A stretch of DNA of 64,000 nucleotides, from assembly GCA_002633005.1 (NCBI GenBank), contig NMRA01000193.1, positions 666,071 through 730,070 on the forward strand, in the 5' to 3' direction. The notes beneath the pieces are model-generated. The model saw only the letters and a list, made by a program, of their open reading frames with translations. It was not told where the DNA came from and made no database searches. Every line of letters begins with the position of its first letter. Position 1 is the stretch's first letter. Position numbers and translations under genes: made by a program. Source of the DNA: Phoronis australis. Taxonomy: Eukaryota; Animalia; Phoronida. Below, piece after piece: positions 37,775-50,950 of the stretch.

Positions 37775-40700
37775 AGGAGCATGCCACCCAAAAAACAACC
37801 TAATTTGTATCAATTTAGATCGAGTAGTTCTACTCCATAACGATACGCACGGTTGCATTACCTGACACCTGACGGCAGACGGAGGTGTTGAAATTATCCA
37901 ATGACGTCATCGGTTTCACACGCAGTCAGTTCAGCAGTTCACAGTACGGGTTACTGGTGTCCGCTTATCGCATAAAGTCATCGTTTACCACCAATAAATC
38001 ATCAAACTTCGATGTAAAACCCTTAAAAATACACCGAGTTCTCATAAAAACGCGTTGTTTTATTTCGCTCTTACGGATTTATTGGTATTTGGACACACCG
38101 TAGCCTACAAAGTTCGGCAGGCCAATAAGGTCCGTAATCGTTAGTAGCAGGAGTTTGGGGTCTGTTCGGAGATAATTTCGAAGTATTTTCCGTGAGATAC
38201 AGACAGGAGAACCTACATCTGTGTTGTTTAGACTTGCGATTTTTTTGAGTTCTAAACACAAAGCGCTTGTTAGCTTGGCCAGTGGCTCAGAGCCCGATCA
38301 TGCTCGTCGCAGCCGGCCAGTGTCTCGGAAACTGATCAGACATCACGAACATAACCCATCCAAAGTTCAGTGGAAACTAAACTTCCAGCCATGAAAATAC
38401 TATACTGGTGAGCCAAAGTAATGTGCACCTGATTATGTTGGTGAATTAGCCACGAAACTGCAAATCTATTTACTCGTCGGGGGCAGCGAATTCAGTTCCG
38501 CAGTTGTCCACAGCACCGTCAGGGCAGAAATTGTACACTGGCAATCATTATTTGAGTAAAGTAAATGTAAATAAAGATTCCCCTAACACCTGGCCGTGGG
38601 ATGGAAATCGAGTTGTTTCACACGAAATTAGCATGAACTAACACGGCCTAGGTGTCCCGTCAATTAGTTTTATTGCACCTAAAGCCGGGTAACGCAATCA
38701 TTTATTCATTGTTGGCTTTTCAAATCCTTTGCACTCACGAACACTCCAAAGGCATTACAAATTGCATCTAATGAGACAGGCGTTGTTTCAGTTTTATATA
38801 AGTATTGGTTAGGATGAGAACAATACATTTTGAAACAGAACGCTCAGTAATTAAGTATCAGTCTACGGATCCACCGACCACTGTACATCCAAAAAGCGGC
38901 AAGGTAGGGTGTCAGCCATTCTGATCCATGTTTAGTCTGATAAATCACATAAGGGATGAGAGAAATTGGGTGAAGTATGACACCTCAAAGTTTGGTGGTT
39001 TAGGAGATACAAGGGAAGTGTTATGGGGGGCAAAATGAGGCAATTTCTTGATGTGGAATGAGTCATTTTTGACCAAATTTTCTACTCCAGTTTCTGCTTC
39101 AAACAGAATCGTTTCTGAACAATTTTGATATCACATGATAGCAAAATGTCAGCAAAAACGGCACCTACACTGGAATATCGGTTACCATGGTAACAATGGA
39201 ACTGTTTCCGTGGAGGTACATTTCCTTCTTGTGAAAAACCAGCAGTAAGTTGTACCCTTATAGCGAAGCTGCCCCCGCGAGAAAACTAAAAATAATAACA
39301 TGGACATGTAGAAGACTCCATGCCCTTGAAATTAATACAATAAAAACTTTGTCAGCTCTTCAGGCAGGCTTGGTAATAGGTGTCTGAATTTCACTATTTT
39401 CAGACCGCGTATGTGTATTTGTCATGTTAAACCAGTCACTAGTTTTGCGCCGTTTCTACGCATTAATATGCCGTTGTATAATACAACAATTAATAGAGTC
39501 AGTTTGCTTAAATGTTTTTAATTAATTCTAAGGACACTAGCATTTCCCACTAAAATATGAAATTATACTAGATTTGTTCACCCAACTCATTTGAATACCA
39601 AACTAAAGCTTACAATGCGTTAGTTGAATGATGGCTGACCTAAAGTGCGGGTTTGCGAATTTATCTATTTATCTGGCACTGCCAATCCCATCGAATGTAG
39701 TATTTCTACAAATTGCGGAGAGAAACAACTTTGGAAATTCTTGGGAAATGCACAAGGAAAAGTGCGAGACATTTGATCACCTTATAAGAGTAAGTGGAGC
39801 TGATGTGGAGGTGGAACGTGTCCTCCTGAGAAGTAGTCTTTCTCAGTGTCTGCCTCGGAGGCAGCTGTGCAGCGGGAGCTACGTAATCTACCGTATTAGG
39901 TTCACTTGCCCGAATCATCGTTACAAGACTCAAGATATATTGGCGTCGCCAAAGACACTGAGTACATCCACTGCACATTAAAGAAGAAATCTGATTAGAG
40001 GTCTGAAAAATGACCAAAGACGTTAAGTCAAGAATCAACGTCCTGCTTCGTGTGAGCTCAGGTAGGAATCACTAAACTCCAGGGTCTGATCCTGAGGAAT
40101 ATTTAGAAGCACGTCATTCATGCAAAAATACTTTTATTGACACACCGTGATTGCTTATAACTTGGGCCTTATTGCTTAATCATATCTTATTCAAATGTGT
40201 TGATGTTTATTCAACTACATGTATACATTGGCATAGAAAATAGGTAGTCATCATAACTTTTCATAACGACAACCAAATGTGTAACATGACTTTTGCCCAT
40301 GAACTACTTTTAGAGAGTAGGGAGTATGTTATGTCTGCCAATGAATTTCTGCGATTATGAAGTTAATTAAACATGCTAAAGCCGTCAAAAATATTGGTGC
40401 CTTCACTTTAGCTTGGTATTCATATTTTCTGAGCCGAAATGGCCACATTAAATTTCATATGTTTAATTTTTTCATTAATACAATTTTAGGAATCAGGAAA
40501 GGGTTATGCTGAAGAAGTGGCTTCTGCTGAAGTTGGAGACCTGCCGGTTATTGGTAAAGGTTGGGTATGGAAAAGTTCACAAACAGCAAGAAGGTACCCT
40601 TCTGGACAACTAAGTGAGTGGGCTAGAGAGAGGCCGAAAAGTCTCCTCCCAGAAGATATGTCAAAGAGAATTTGTAGCTTGAGGAACGATTCGGGGGAAA

Positions 40701-43700
40701 AAGTATTTGCCAAAGATTACTGGCGTATACCACGACCGGTCCAAAGTAATTTGTTGAGATAGGCCACTCTCAGCAAATGTGGGGAAACTGGGACAGAGGA
40801 AGTGGAGTATGCATTAAAAGAGGCAATCTGCGATTGTCAAGGATGCAGCATTGTAAAAATTCAAGGGGAGGAAACAGTACAGTGGCTGAACCTGTAAATA
40901 CTCCGGCTGATCTGCAAAATCCAGTGGGGGCATTATTGTGTCAGCACAGCTGTGTAGGGAAGTAGGCTTGTGTGTTGTTGCAAGCTTTGTTTGCACCAGA
41001 ACTGCTTGTGCGAACAGCACAACTCTAAAATTTACCTAGACTGAATTTTTGTCCAGGCACGAATCACGATCCTTGGCCACATGGTAATGGTACATTGTTC
41101 ATTTTGTTTAGCCACTGGATTTTTTGGTCTGACAGGATTTCTCAGTGTGGCCATCACATGTATATGATTTCTGACCACTGTACTGTTCATTTTCCTTAAA
41201 GATGCGTAATTGATCTGAATTTATGTTTCCGCATTTTATTTACTATTATAGATTTTTGTTTGTAATTGGATACATATTGCTGAAATTTGAACCCCTGTTG
41301 TTAGGCTGGTGTTGTTAACTTATCTTTTTGCCTGGGTTGTAAACCTTCTGTCCATGAGGTAATAAGTTTTGATTTAGACCTTTTATCTCTATAAACTTTG
41401 CTCAGTTTGTTCCTTATCCAGATGGGAAGTGATTTCTGGAATTGTAGCGAATTGACAGTTTGCTATTCCTTGAAACCATGCTGTGTGTATAATATCACAC
41501 ACTATTAGACTGGTCTCTAGCAATTGCATATTGCTAGATCTTTCAAAGTTCTGATGTTGCTCAAAAGTGACCTGGAAGTAAGTACCTATTTCATGATGGT
41601 AAAATGTCTAAATCAAAAGTTGTTTTATGTGATTTTAGGCGAGTTCATGTCCACTTCAAATGATTTTTTGTTGCATTACTGAAAAGTATTGGCACATTAG
41701 CTCTGGTGCTCCTTGTTTTTTGGCGAATTGACCATTTTATGGTTCCCATGGGTAATTTGTACAACTGTAATCGTAGGCCAATTGTAATGCAAACCATGTT
41801 GCAAAAGTATTTTTATGACCATTTCATTGTAAAATGCTGCCTAATTGGAACGAACATGCCAATTTTTCATTTTCTGGTGGTTAGTTTTGATAAGAACATT
41901 GATGTGGTAAATACAGCTACCTCAAGTTTGTGAAGAAGAGATTTCCAGTGTTGTCAGCGATATTGCGAAATCACTTTTTTCGCAGTGAGACTACATCACC
42001 TTAAATGAAATTCCCTGACTTTATAGGCTTTGTGTGGTTGACTCTGTCCTGTAGCAATTGGAGTGTTGAAAAGATCTAGAAGGCAATTTTTTATTACAGT
42101 CATAACATTTGCACTTTTTACTGTACAGTTATCTTTGTATTGTATTACGAAAACATATTTTGTACTACACAAGGCTCTGGTTGGTATTTTTATTTTTTCA
42201 CAAGGAATATTTTCAACTTAGATGAGTTGTCTGTGAGGTAGGCAATTTTCAAATAAGGTAATGAATAAAATTGTCAAACATTGTTTTATTTTTAGATGTG
42301 TTATCTTCCACTAAGTGATTAGTTTTAAAAAACCTGTGCAGAATTTGATTTTTACTCTTCATTTAAAGGAAAATATATCCATAAACCTGCATTGTCTAGA
42401 AATTTTACTCAAACTACATATTACAGGGTTGGGGTTTGGAATCTTGATACAACGGAGTCTGAACCCGTACCATGAGCAATTCAACACAATACACGGATAT
42501 AAAAATTTGGTGTTTAGGTTCCACGGAAAGGATTCGTGTGCGCGGTAAAAGTTACTAAGGTGCGTGGTCATTGTTTGTGGATACTTTGGGATTCCTCTTC
42601 TGTGGTCATCCACGGAAAACCTGGTCGCATAGAGAACAATAGATTAGCATCTTCATTGTTCCCGTTGTTATAATAAAGATATAATGACGAGCACTTATCG
42701 GCAACGGTCTGATGTACGCAAGGTTCTATATCCATGCGACCTGTGTTGTTATATCCAATAATGACACAACAAAGGAAAACAATGATAGGGCCAATGGGCG
42801 AAAAACATGCGACGAGTTGCCACGGACAGTGGTGGAGTTTGTCTTGTCATTCGAATGTTTTAGAGAACTGCAAACCCGGTATTTCGTCAGGAAAATTTCT
42901 GCGGTCTTTTGTTTTAAGTCGTAGGAAAAATTGCGGTCATGCCACCAAACTTATCATTCATTTGATATTAAAATGCATTGCATGAACACTTGATCAACAG
43001 AAAATCTGACTTGAATATGTGTGAAGAAATACCCATGAGGAAATTGCAAGGTATAACAACTGTAAATCAAAATAACCTACGTTTGTCGAGTTCATGTCTA
43101 ACCATGTTCACTGTGGAGGACATAATCGGCTTTTTACAAAATGGAGCCATGTATGGTATTTATGGGTACTATAGCCCTAAGTGGTAAGTAGTAAAACGTT
43201 CAAAACATTCAGGAGGAACTAACTTGTTGCAAAATATGGAAAAACATGAAGGACAATCGGATTTTACGGTGCTCGCGCATCGATCTCAGATATATTAAAA
43301 TTTCTCATTTTAGTACATTTGAGGTGCCAAAATGTATAACTAATAAACTGGCTGACAAAGTTTTTATTTGATGTGATGAAAGTAACATGATTTGTCAACA
43401 TTTGGCTAAGTTTCATTCTCATAGCAGTGGGGGCATATTTGGTACAGCAGTGTACTGAACACAACCTCAAAAGGGCATAACGGGGGGCAGTGTAGTAAAA
43501 CTACTAAATGAGGGTGGTAAATCGGAATCGTGTTTCAAGGCATCTGTGTAACAATCTATAAGCACCACTAAACAATGCCAAGTCAATAATAAATCAATAG
43601 CTTTTATTCAAGGAAAAATATAAAAAGTTAAATCTAGACATTTTTTATACCGTGAAAACATGGCTGCGAAGCCGTAAAATGTGTTTGAGCCTATAACTTT

Positions 43701-44407
43701 GGAAAAACGCACTATTTTGAGGAAATATTTTACCGCTGTTTAAAGATCCCATACGACTACCTATGTGCCCATTTTGGTGAAAATCGGCTGACCCCCACCT
43801 TGCCGCTGGATGGCTGGTGCTCTCGTGGACTAGTACTTAACGCCAACTTGGCAACTCGCAAGCCCGACTCAGGACGAGCTAGAGCTCATCAGTCCCGACT
43901 TCGCAGGGGGATCATTAAGTTTTACAGGCTATCAATTTGAACAGGAATACAGTGATGAAGAAATACTAGAGAGGCACCGTGAACAAGCTCAGACAACGGA
44001 ACGTATGGAGTTATTTGGTAAGCCGGCATTCGTCAGTCACTGCGACGTCTGCAGGCCACAGACAAGGAGATGTTTCAGGGCCTCATTCTTGCTATTTACA
44101 GCGTTTATTTCATTCTTCACTACCATGAGCCAGTTCCTAAGCATTTCGGACTCTCGAGGAAGTAAAAAAAACGATACACCCGCTTTCCTCGCTGCTGCTT
44201 AGTTCGGCCAAGCGGGTACTATGCACCGCAACACAGCGGCATTCACTCTGCATATGAACCACTGACGTCGCTAGCGTCGTTTCTCACCTTCCTCACAAGT
44301 TAACGCGACACCTCATGGCAAGGTAAGGTCGACCGTATGCGAGGCGATGTGGATATAGACCGATTAAGACGGCAAAAAAGACTAATTAAATCGGGTGGCA
44401 TTCTCCT
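37775..44407. mobile_element. Kolobok DNA transposon derivative in the GRL101-like intron
   Basis: TTAA flanks at 37771-37774 and 44408-44411. TIRs aggagcatgccaccc / gggtggcattctcct. THAP-like remnant on the minus strand at ~44040-44242 (MPLCC..GVSFF.LP..W..VC). GYQFEQEYSDEE on the plus strand at ~43927 resembles the start of the KolX/P2X7-like accessory ORF. Confidence 0.8.
38858..43832 (+). mobile_element. Academ-like DNA transposon derivative nested in Kolobok
   Basis: Right end ..ggctgaccccaccttgccgct..ctcgtggacta is inverted to left end tcagtctacg..agcggcaaggtagggtgtcagcc, with gta flanking both ends. Coding relics: CPNHRY..YWRR (39700-39980) and GW..P plus a Cys-rich C-terminus (40500-41020). 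Confidence 0.65.
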
Positions 44408-46320
44408 TTAAGAAGTCTCTCTCTTGTCATAAACACACTTTTTAAACGAGCGTTTTTTGTAACTTCATTACATTTAAAAGGGTATCAAGTCAGAATAATT
44501 TTGGAGAATCGACATTTTAGAGATCATAATACTGACTGACATATCCATACACCATTTCACCTACAGGTGTATTGGGCGTTCCCAACTCACCCTGAGTTAG
44601 AGGATACGCAAGCAGTGATGACCTATTTGTCTGGTGCCAATAGTCAAAACGGTTAATGCCCTTGGAGACAATTTTAAGGTTAATATGAATATTTCACGTA
44701 TTTATACTGAAATATTCCGATTTTTGTACTAATTAAAGGCGATTTAGCTTTTTCTGATAAGCAATTTTTATTAGGGCTCAAGACTAAATGAAGCCGACAA
44801 ACCGAAAATTATTTTTCACTTTGAAGACAATATCCTGCAGAACAGGAAAGGTATTGATGTCTGAAATACAAAAATGAAAGAGTGCCAAATTTTCAGAATG
44901 CGTTGAAAAGTTATAGCTTCTTTTGTGTCAAAATTTGACTCTTTTGATGGGGTCGGCCATCTTTTACGAAATTGAAAATGCTTAAAAATTAATTTCACAA
45001 ATATTATAACCGTAAAATTTAGTGGTACCTATCTTTAACTACCATTCTATACAATCCAGTAATTCCCACTAGCATTTAATCGCGCAGATGCAGCATTTTG
45101 AGTTGTTAAAAAGCTCACAATTCACGCATTTCCGACAACTCCGACAACATGAACTCAGAAGCATGTTCAACCTGCTACTCTGTCGTCAGTGATTATCTAG
45201 TTGTGAAACATTTGTAGACACGCTACACACTGCTACAGAAAAGCAGGTTTGTACAATTTATGATGTTTATACCATAACTACACTGAATCTTCTATTTAAT
45301 TCATTGTGAAGTACAACAATTGACCTTGCACTAAAATATAGTAGTATTATTTTGAAATCGTTTTTTCTTAAAAGTAAAATTTTCTTCAAGGTATGATTAT
45401 TTGTCACAATAGGACACACATTTTGTTCTAAATTTCATACAAACATTGCGTTTCTGATCCATGTTTTGTAATTAGTTAGTTTCCTTTTCAGGTTGTATTA
45501 ATGCACGAAAATAATGAAAAATTTTAATTTACTCACAAAAAGGCTACATTTGGATTGTGAAGTGTAAAGCTTATTCGAATCTTTTTGCCTTACAGGTTAA
45601 TACTTTTTATTTATTATGCTTGTCATGGTACTCAATCGCCATGGTAACAATTATGAATGTCCAATTTCTTGCACTTAACCTGATTTAGTTCTGCCTGTAT
45701 TGCTCAAAATTAATGTACATTTTAAGTAACGTATTGTGGTAAAAGGCTGTTAGAATCATTTTGTATTACATATTAAATAGTACTGATAACACTTTAGATT
45801 TACTTTACTAGATGTAACCCATAGCTACCATGAAAGTTTGAAAGATGCGGATCAGTGAACAAAGCATAGTATCTGAAACTTCCATCAGCCATTTCTGAGA
45901 CCAGTTGTAAGATTCGAAATTTGATCATTTCTCTAAGGTCTTACGTAACGTTCAAGTGACTTATAACTGTAAGCCAATTATTTGCATAGGTGTATTACTA
46001 TTACTTTTCGTTTATACTGTTTGTCCATTGTACACAGGCCACTATAGTAAAGACTTTGTTTACTAACTTACTTCTGGTTAATTTCATTGGTGGCTGAAAA
46101 AGTGGTTGCTGCCTACTCATTTTAATTAGTCAAAAATTTTAAGGCGAGATCGTGTATGACAATCAAAGTGTAGTCAGGATTTAATCCGTAGAATAAAATC
46201 TTAATATTCAGGCATGCGCCTGTTGCCAAAATAATGCATTTTACGCAGTATATCATGTAACCCGTGTATGCAATTAATTGCAAATAATAGTTTTTATTGT
46301 AACAGTTAAATTGTGAATAC

Positions 46321-47282
46321 CTGAATGCATTCTCACAGCCGCAGGTTTCTTCATCGTCTCCTCCTAAACAGTCCAAGTTGCCGTCACACAGCTGAGCTTC
46401 AAATATACACGTGCCGTCTTGACAAGTATGTTGATGGGCCCCGCATCGAAGACTACGATTGACGACATCACGTTCACATAAAACGCTCAACGGACCGTTT
46501 GGAAACGACGTCTTTCGTTCCTGCCAAGCATCACTCTGTATATTCGAACGAAAAGGGTGTCTCAGTGGTGTTGTCGACAAAATAAATGGAGGCTCTGTAT
46601 CGCAATCAAATTCAACAAATTCATACTCCACGACATTTTCATTTATGGCATCCAGTTTCAAAACCAATGTTTTCCAAATATTTTTTCTGGGATTGATTAT
46701 GCGGCATGTAGTGTTAACCTTCTTCAGCCAAATTCCCCGATATTCTGGCTGGTGTTTCCATAGTGACAGGAGATACATTATAGCATCTTTGTCGTTGTCG
46801 CCAATTGAAGCAACTCTAGCTTCTTTCTCAAGACATATAGCTTTTGCGCCTGCATAACTAAGAGAAGTTGCCAAAGATTGCAGACTCGTTACCATTTTTA
46901 AACATCTGCCTTTCATGAAGGTCCATTTCTCTGGACATCGATGCTGATAGGTGATAGTCGCATCAGAATTCCTCGCCGATCTGTGCGACGATTTAGAAGC
47001 CTTTTTGCAAATGTACAGAGCATTTGAGAATGGGTAATTACAAGGAAGTTTCGCCCAGTGAGTTTTGTGTTGAGAGCGAACGCTTCGTTCAGAAATGTAC
47101 ATCACAGTGCAAAGTGAGAATATTTGTCTGATTGGCTGAAGTCGGTTGATGGAAATGATTGCCGCAATCTCTTCATGGGGTTTGAAACTGGACTCTTCCG
47201 CGGAAGTTTTGTCCGAATAAAGACGAGTGTGCCATTCAGTAAATCGAAGCTGTGTTCCATCAGTCCATGATCCATTTCCACC
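46321..47282 (-). CDS. GRL101: GRL101-like LGR, upstream internal exon (half C-type lectin + C-type-lectin-like domain + LDLa)
   Basis: Acceptor ttttatattgtag|GGT (phase 0) and donor TTCAG|gtattc (phase 2). Splicing to 33234 gives ..ETCGCENAFRCQSGECLP.., an intact LDLa. Motifs: WTDG..FTEW..QP..C..W..LPC..YICKK; CPEKWTFMKGRCLK..SYAGAKAIC..GIWL..VLCE; CQDGTCIFEAQLCDGNLDCLGGDDEETC. Confidence 0.9.
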
Positions 47283-48287
47283 CTACAATATAAAACACAT
47301 GTGTAACGTAGATGACAAGAAAGAGATCAAGCTCCGTCGCGGTCAGCACCAAATTTCCCTCCGCTCCGGAAAACTGGCGGTCTGGTAGTTTGAGAGAAAC
47401 AGTGGTATTTTGTTGCAGTAAGCCACTCAGTTGTCTAATGCTGACTACCAGTGTGTGTACATTTGTTCAACTGAACTCTTTTTGCATCTCTGTCACTGTA
47501 TCTTTCATTGTAACTCAAAATGGTAATTTCAATCAACAAAGTTTTCAATCCCGTGTTACCCGACTGTCAATTTAGTCAGCACACAATTGGTGTATATTTA
47601 GCTTTAAGGGGAGTCTGCCAGTTAAAATGAGAGCCAAGAAGCCAAGAAAAACTCATCCTAACGTCGCGTGACCATGGGTTTCCATACGGCTAGGGCAGTA
47701 GTTTACATCTAGTTTGTTCCGCTTCCGATTAACCTCACACCGCCCACNTCTCTCTTATCCGTATTTCGCAGTCTTTCTTTTCTCGACTGTCCCCGACCCC
47801 ACGCCTGTGACGATTGCCACGGTTTAACCCTGACGCTTGCAAATTTTATTGAGGTGCACGTGCCCCCGACCACCCCCCCCCCCCCCCCCCCCTCCCCCCA
47901 AGTTATATGCTACTTAAGGGTATGTACAGGATCTAAAAAATTTACAAACGCTGTCGTTAGAATCCGTCAAAACAACAAAACTTCAATTGAGTGTCAGCCA
48001 TAAGCCCAGATTTTCCTTCACAGTCGGAAACATGTTATGGGCATCACAATCCAGAAGACTAAACTAGGCCTACTTCTCGTCCTGGGTCATTTGGCAGTTA
48101 CGCCCAGAACGTAGTCAATCAGAGACGTCAAATGGTTTGTATGATGTTGATGATTTACTAACAGATGTAGTCATAGATCACAGACAACGGGTTCGCAACT
48201 CTGATATTTTTACATGGAATTTCCAGAGACGGCGCCACTTCTCGGTAAGTGATCAGAAGTCTTGCCGGAAGTATAACGTGAGTTAAA

Positions 48288-48441
48288 CCCGCCTCCCCTT
48301 CAGTAACGCTGAGACCTCGCTAAAAATCAAGACGAGATTATGTGAGATATTGCAGTGTATTTTAAATGATAACACGTGCCTTTGACTAGATTTTAGCTAC
48401 GTCCTAGAGTAGGTCCTAGCGTCTACTGAACGCACGCCAGG
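48288..48441 (-). mobile_element. ~150-bp MITE family, copy 2
   Basis: Reverse complement of 1413-1560. Confidence 0.75.
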
Positions 48442-49436
48442 CGCCTCTATTGAACACTGTCTTCGCAGCCAATAGACTATGGTAGCAATGAACAGTTAGG
48501 CTGCGGCCACGGGGCATTTTCTATCCCTAGAATTTAAGCAACGGGGCTGTGTCAGGTTTGGCCGCTGGTTTGAGGAATGTGTTGAAAACAATTGCCAGAA
48601 AACTGATTTGCTTGCGCTCTTGAATGAGAAAAGCCAAGTTTTTTAGTCTTGGCTTACTTTTGATCAGAAATATATGCTGGCTGCTGTTTGCTTTCAACCC
48701 CTGTGGCCTGTTGTCTCGAAACCGGGTGTGATTTCAGGTGGATTTCCATGGGCGTACCCAGGGGGGACAGGAACGAGCCACCCAATTTGGCGGACTGGGC
48801 AAAAAGGTCCGCCTCAGTGAATAAAAGGTTCGAGTAAACGAGACAAAAGTCCACGAAATCCACGGGAAGTCGGCGCTGGTTCACGGTTCGTGGGCCTGAA
48901 CCAAGTGGCATCATTTTTAATTTTTTTGTAGTCCTCGTTGATTTCTTTCAGTAAAAGGTCTATATTTTAGGCTGAGTGCGCGCATCTGTCAAACAAATCA
49001 AAATTGACAAAACAATACCTGGTAAAGGGAGTACTTTGACCACATTTTTAGCATTTAGTGAATTTGAATCTGTAGTCAGATTGTTTCCAGCACTTGCAGG
49101 AATGCGGTCATTTTGGTTACAAAATTGTCGAATTTTTGGGTGCCGCAATTTTTTCCGATATTAATTAACCGATTAAAAATCTGTTGCATAATTAAGTTTC
49201 AGTTAGCATGAGTAGTGCTTGCGAGTTGGGAATGCTAAAAGAACTTTTACTTTTTCAAATTCGTAAGGACGTAAGGAAAGGGCTCATCTCCACGTCGGTG
49301 TGCGTCGGCATCCAAAACCCTGTAATAACTGTAGTGTGCCCCCTATGCAAATGCGAAACCACGTGACCCAATACATTAAGGTGTTGAAACCAATAGATGA
49401 CGCTACCGCTCGTCAGCGCTTTCAGGGTTGTATATA

Positions 49437-50950
49437 CAGTACAGCCACTGAATTATTAGACTCTCTCCGGTGTCTCTCCGGTCTAGCCACCCGTGACCGT
49501 AACCGGAGACATACCGGAGAGTGAGACGTAAATCAACTGTGACAGCTGGCGTGAGCCTAAGCGTGACTGTACCCGGAGCTTACCGTGAGTTATGCGTGAA
49601 CGAAGCGCGAGCCAGCCGTGAGCCAGGCGTGAGTTTACCTGCATCGCAGATGAAAAAGTAATTTATTAAAATTGCATCAGTAACTAGCAGTGATGTGTGT
49701 ATTCTCATAGACTTTTGCTCATGTGAGGTTTATTTTTTTGAAGTCGTCACGTTCAGCAAAAGACCAAAATTTCCTTCTCAAATCTTAAGTCACTTCAGGA
49801 AACAGACCTGTGGACTCTACTTTTCACTTATATATAATTATTTGTTTTTATATAAACTAATAAAGAATCTTAACATGCGTGTATATGGCGGAAATATTCA
49901 ATTGCCTTCACGATATGAAGGAACATAGCATGTCAATTCTGAGCACATTGATCCCAAGTTCCGCTTCATGCGGAGAAAACTGATCGTGCCCATGCTGTCA
50001 TGAAATCTGTGACATTCATGATACATATATAATTCTTAGCACATTAGTTTGATAGTGTTATTACTTATTGATNTCCGGCTTCATGTGGAGAAAACTGATC
50101 GTGCCCATGCATTTGACGAGTCAAACAGACCACTGCTATTATTATTTTATTGAAGAAGTACCCCGGGGATACTGTGAACTCAGTCGAAACGCATGTACTA
50201 CGGGGTGGGAGCTACAAATAATTAAACTGCACTAAGGATGAGGACTTTTTAGTCAAAACATTTGCTTGCAGTAAGGGATGGGCATGTCGGAATGGCGGCC
50301 TTTTGAAATTTTCTGAACGCCAGTGCGGTGCAAAATTTACGGAGTGACACAATACTTCACAAGATCTGTAGGCTATTTTTAGGGCAAATTAACTATATCC
50401 AGCTGTGACAAGTTTCAAGGAGTCCACAGCCATGTACATGTAAAGACGACTCTGGACACAGGGTCGCGTATATTCGTATTTACTAACCGTGGTTGCTGTA
50501 TATGTATGTCGTTGATGGGACTGGCTCTTATGTCATAAACAGAAAATGTACATGTAACCGTAACACAAGATGAGCTGAAGCAAGAGATTGTATGAACAAC
50601 ACGTGGAATTACAAAGTTAGTCGGAACCCAAGATGATAGACTGCTTGCAAAGATACTCTATAATATATTATAATGTCTTTGGAACTTGTCCGAAACGACA
50701 GGCAATCAAGACGTTACATGTATTTTTATTGATTAGCCCGATGACCTACCATGGTTACCACAGGTACCAAAGGCGTGAAGAAAGCCTGAGGAAAGCATGA
50801 ACTAAACCGGAGGTAAGCGTGAGCACTAACCGGAGAGTAGGCGTGAGGCGACCGTGACTGATTTCTGTCACGCCTGCGTTCCGGTGGCGCTTCGGTCTGG
50901 CTAGGCGTGAGGTAGCCCGGAAGAAGTCTAAAAACTCAGTGGCTGTACTG
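49437..50950. mobile_element. Non-autonomous TIR transposon with TA flanks and subterminal repeats
   Basis: TIRs cagtacagccactgaattattagact / agtctaaaaactcagtggctgtactg, flanked by tata. Clusters of gcgtgag and accggag lie near both ends. Confidence 0.75.

Noticed and set aside
48165-48244. Plus-strand 80-nt exon-like segment (tactaacag ... gtaagt)
   Set aside because: Good splice signals, but no partner exons or recognisable product.
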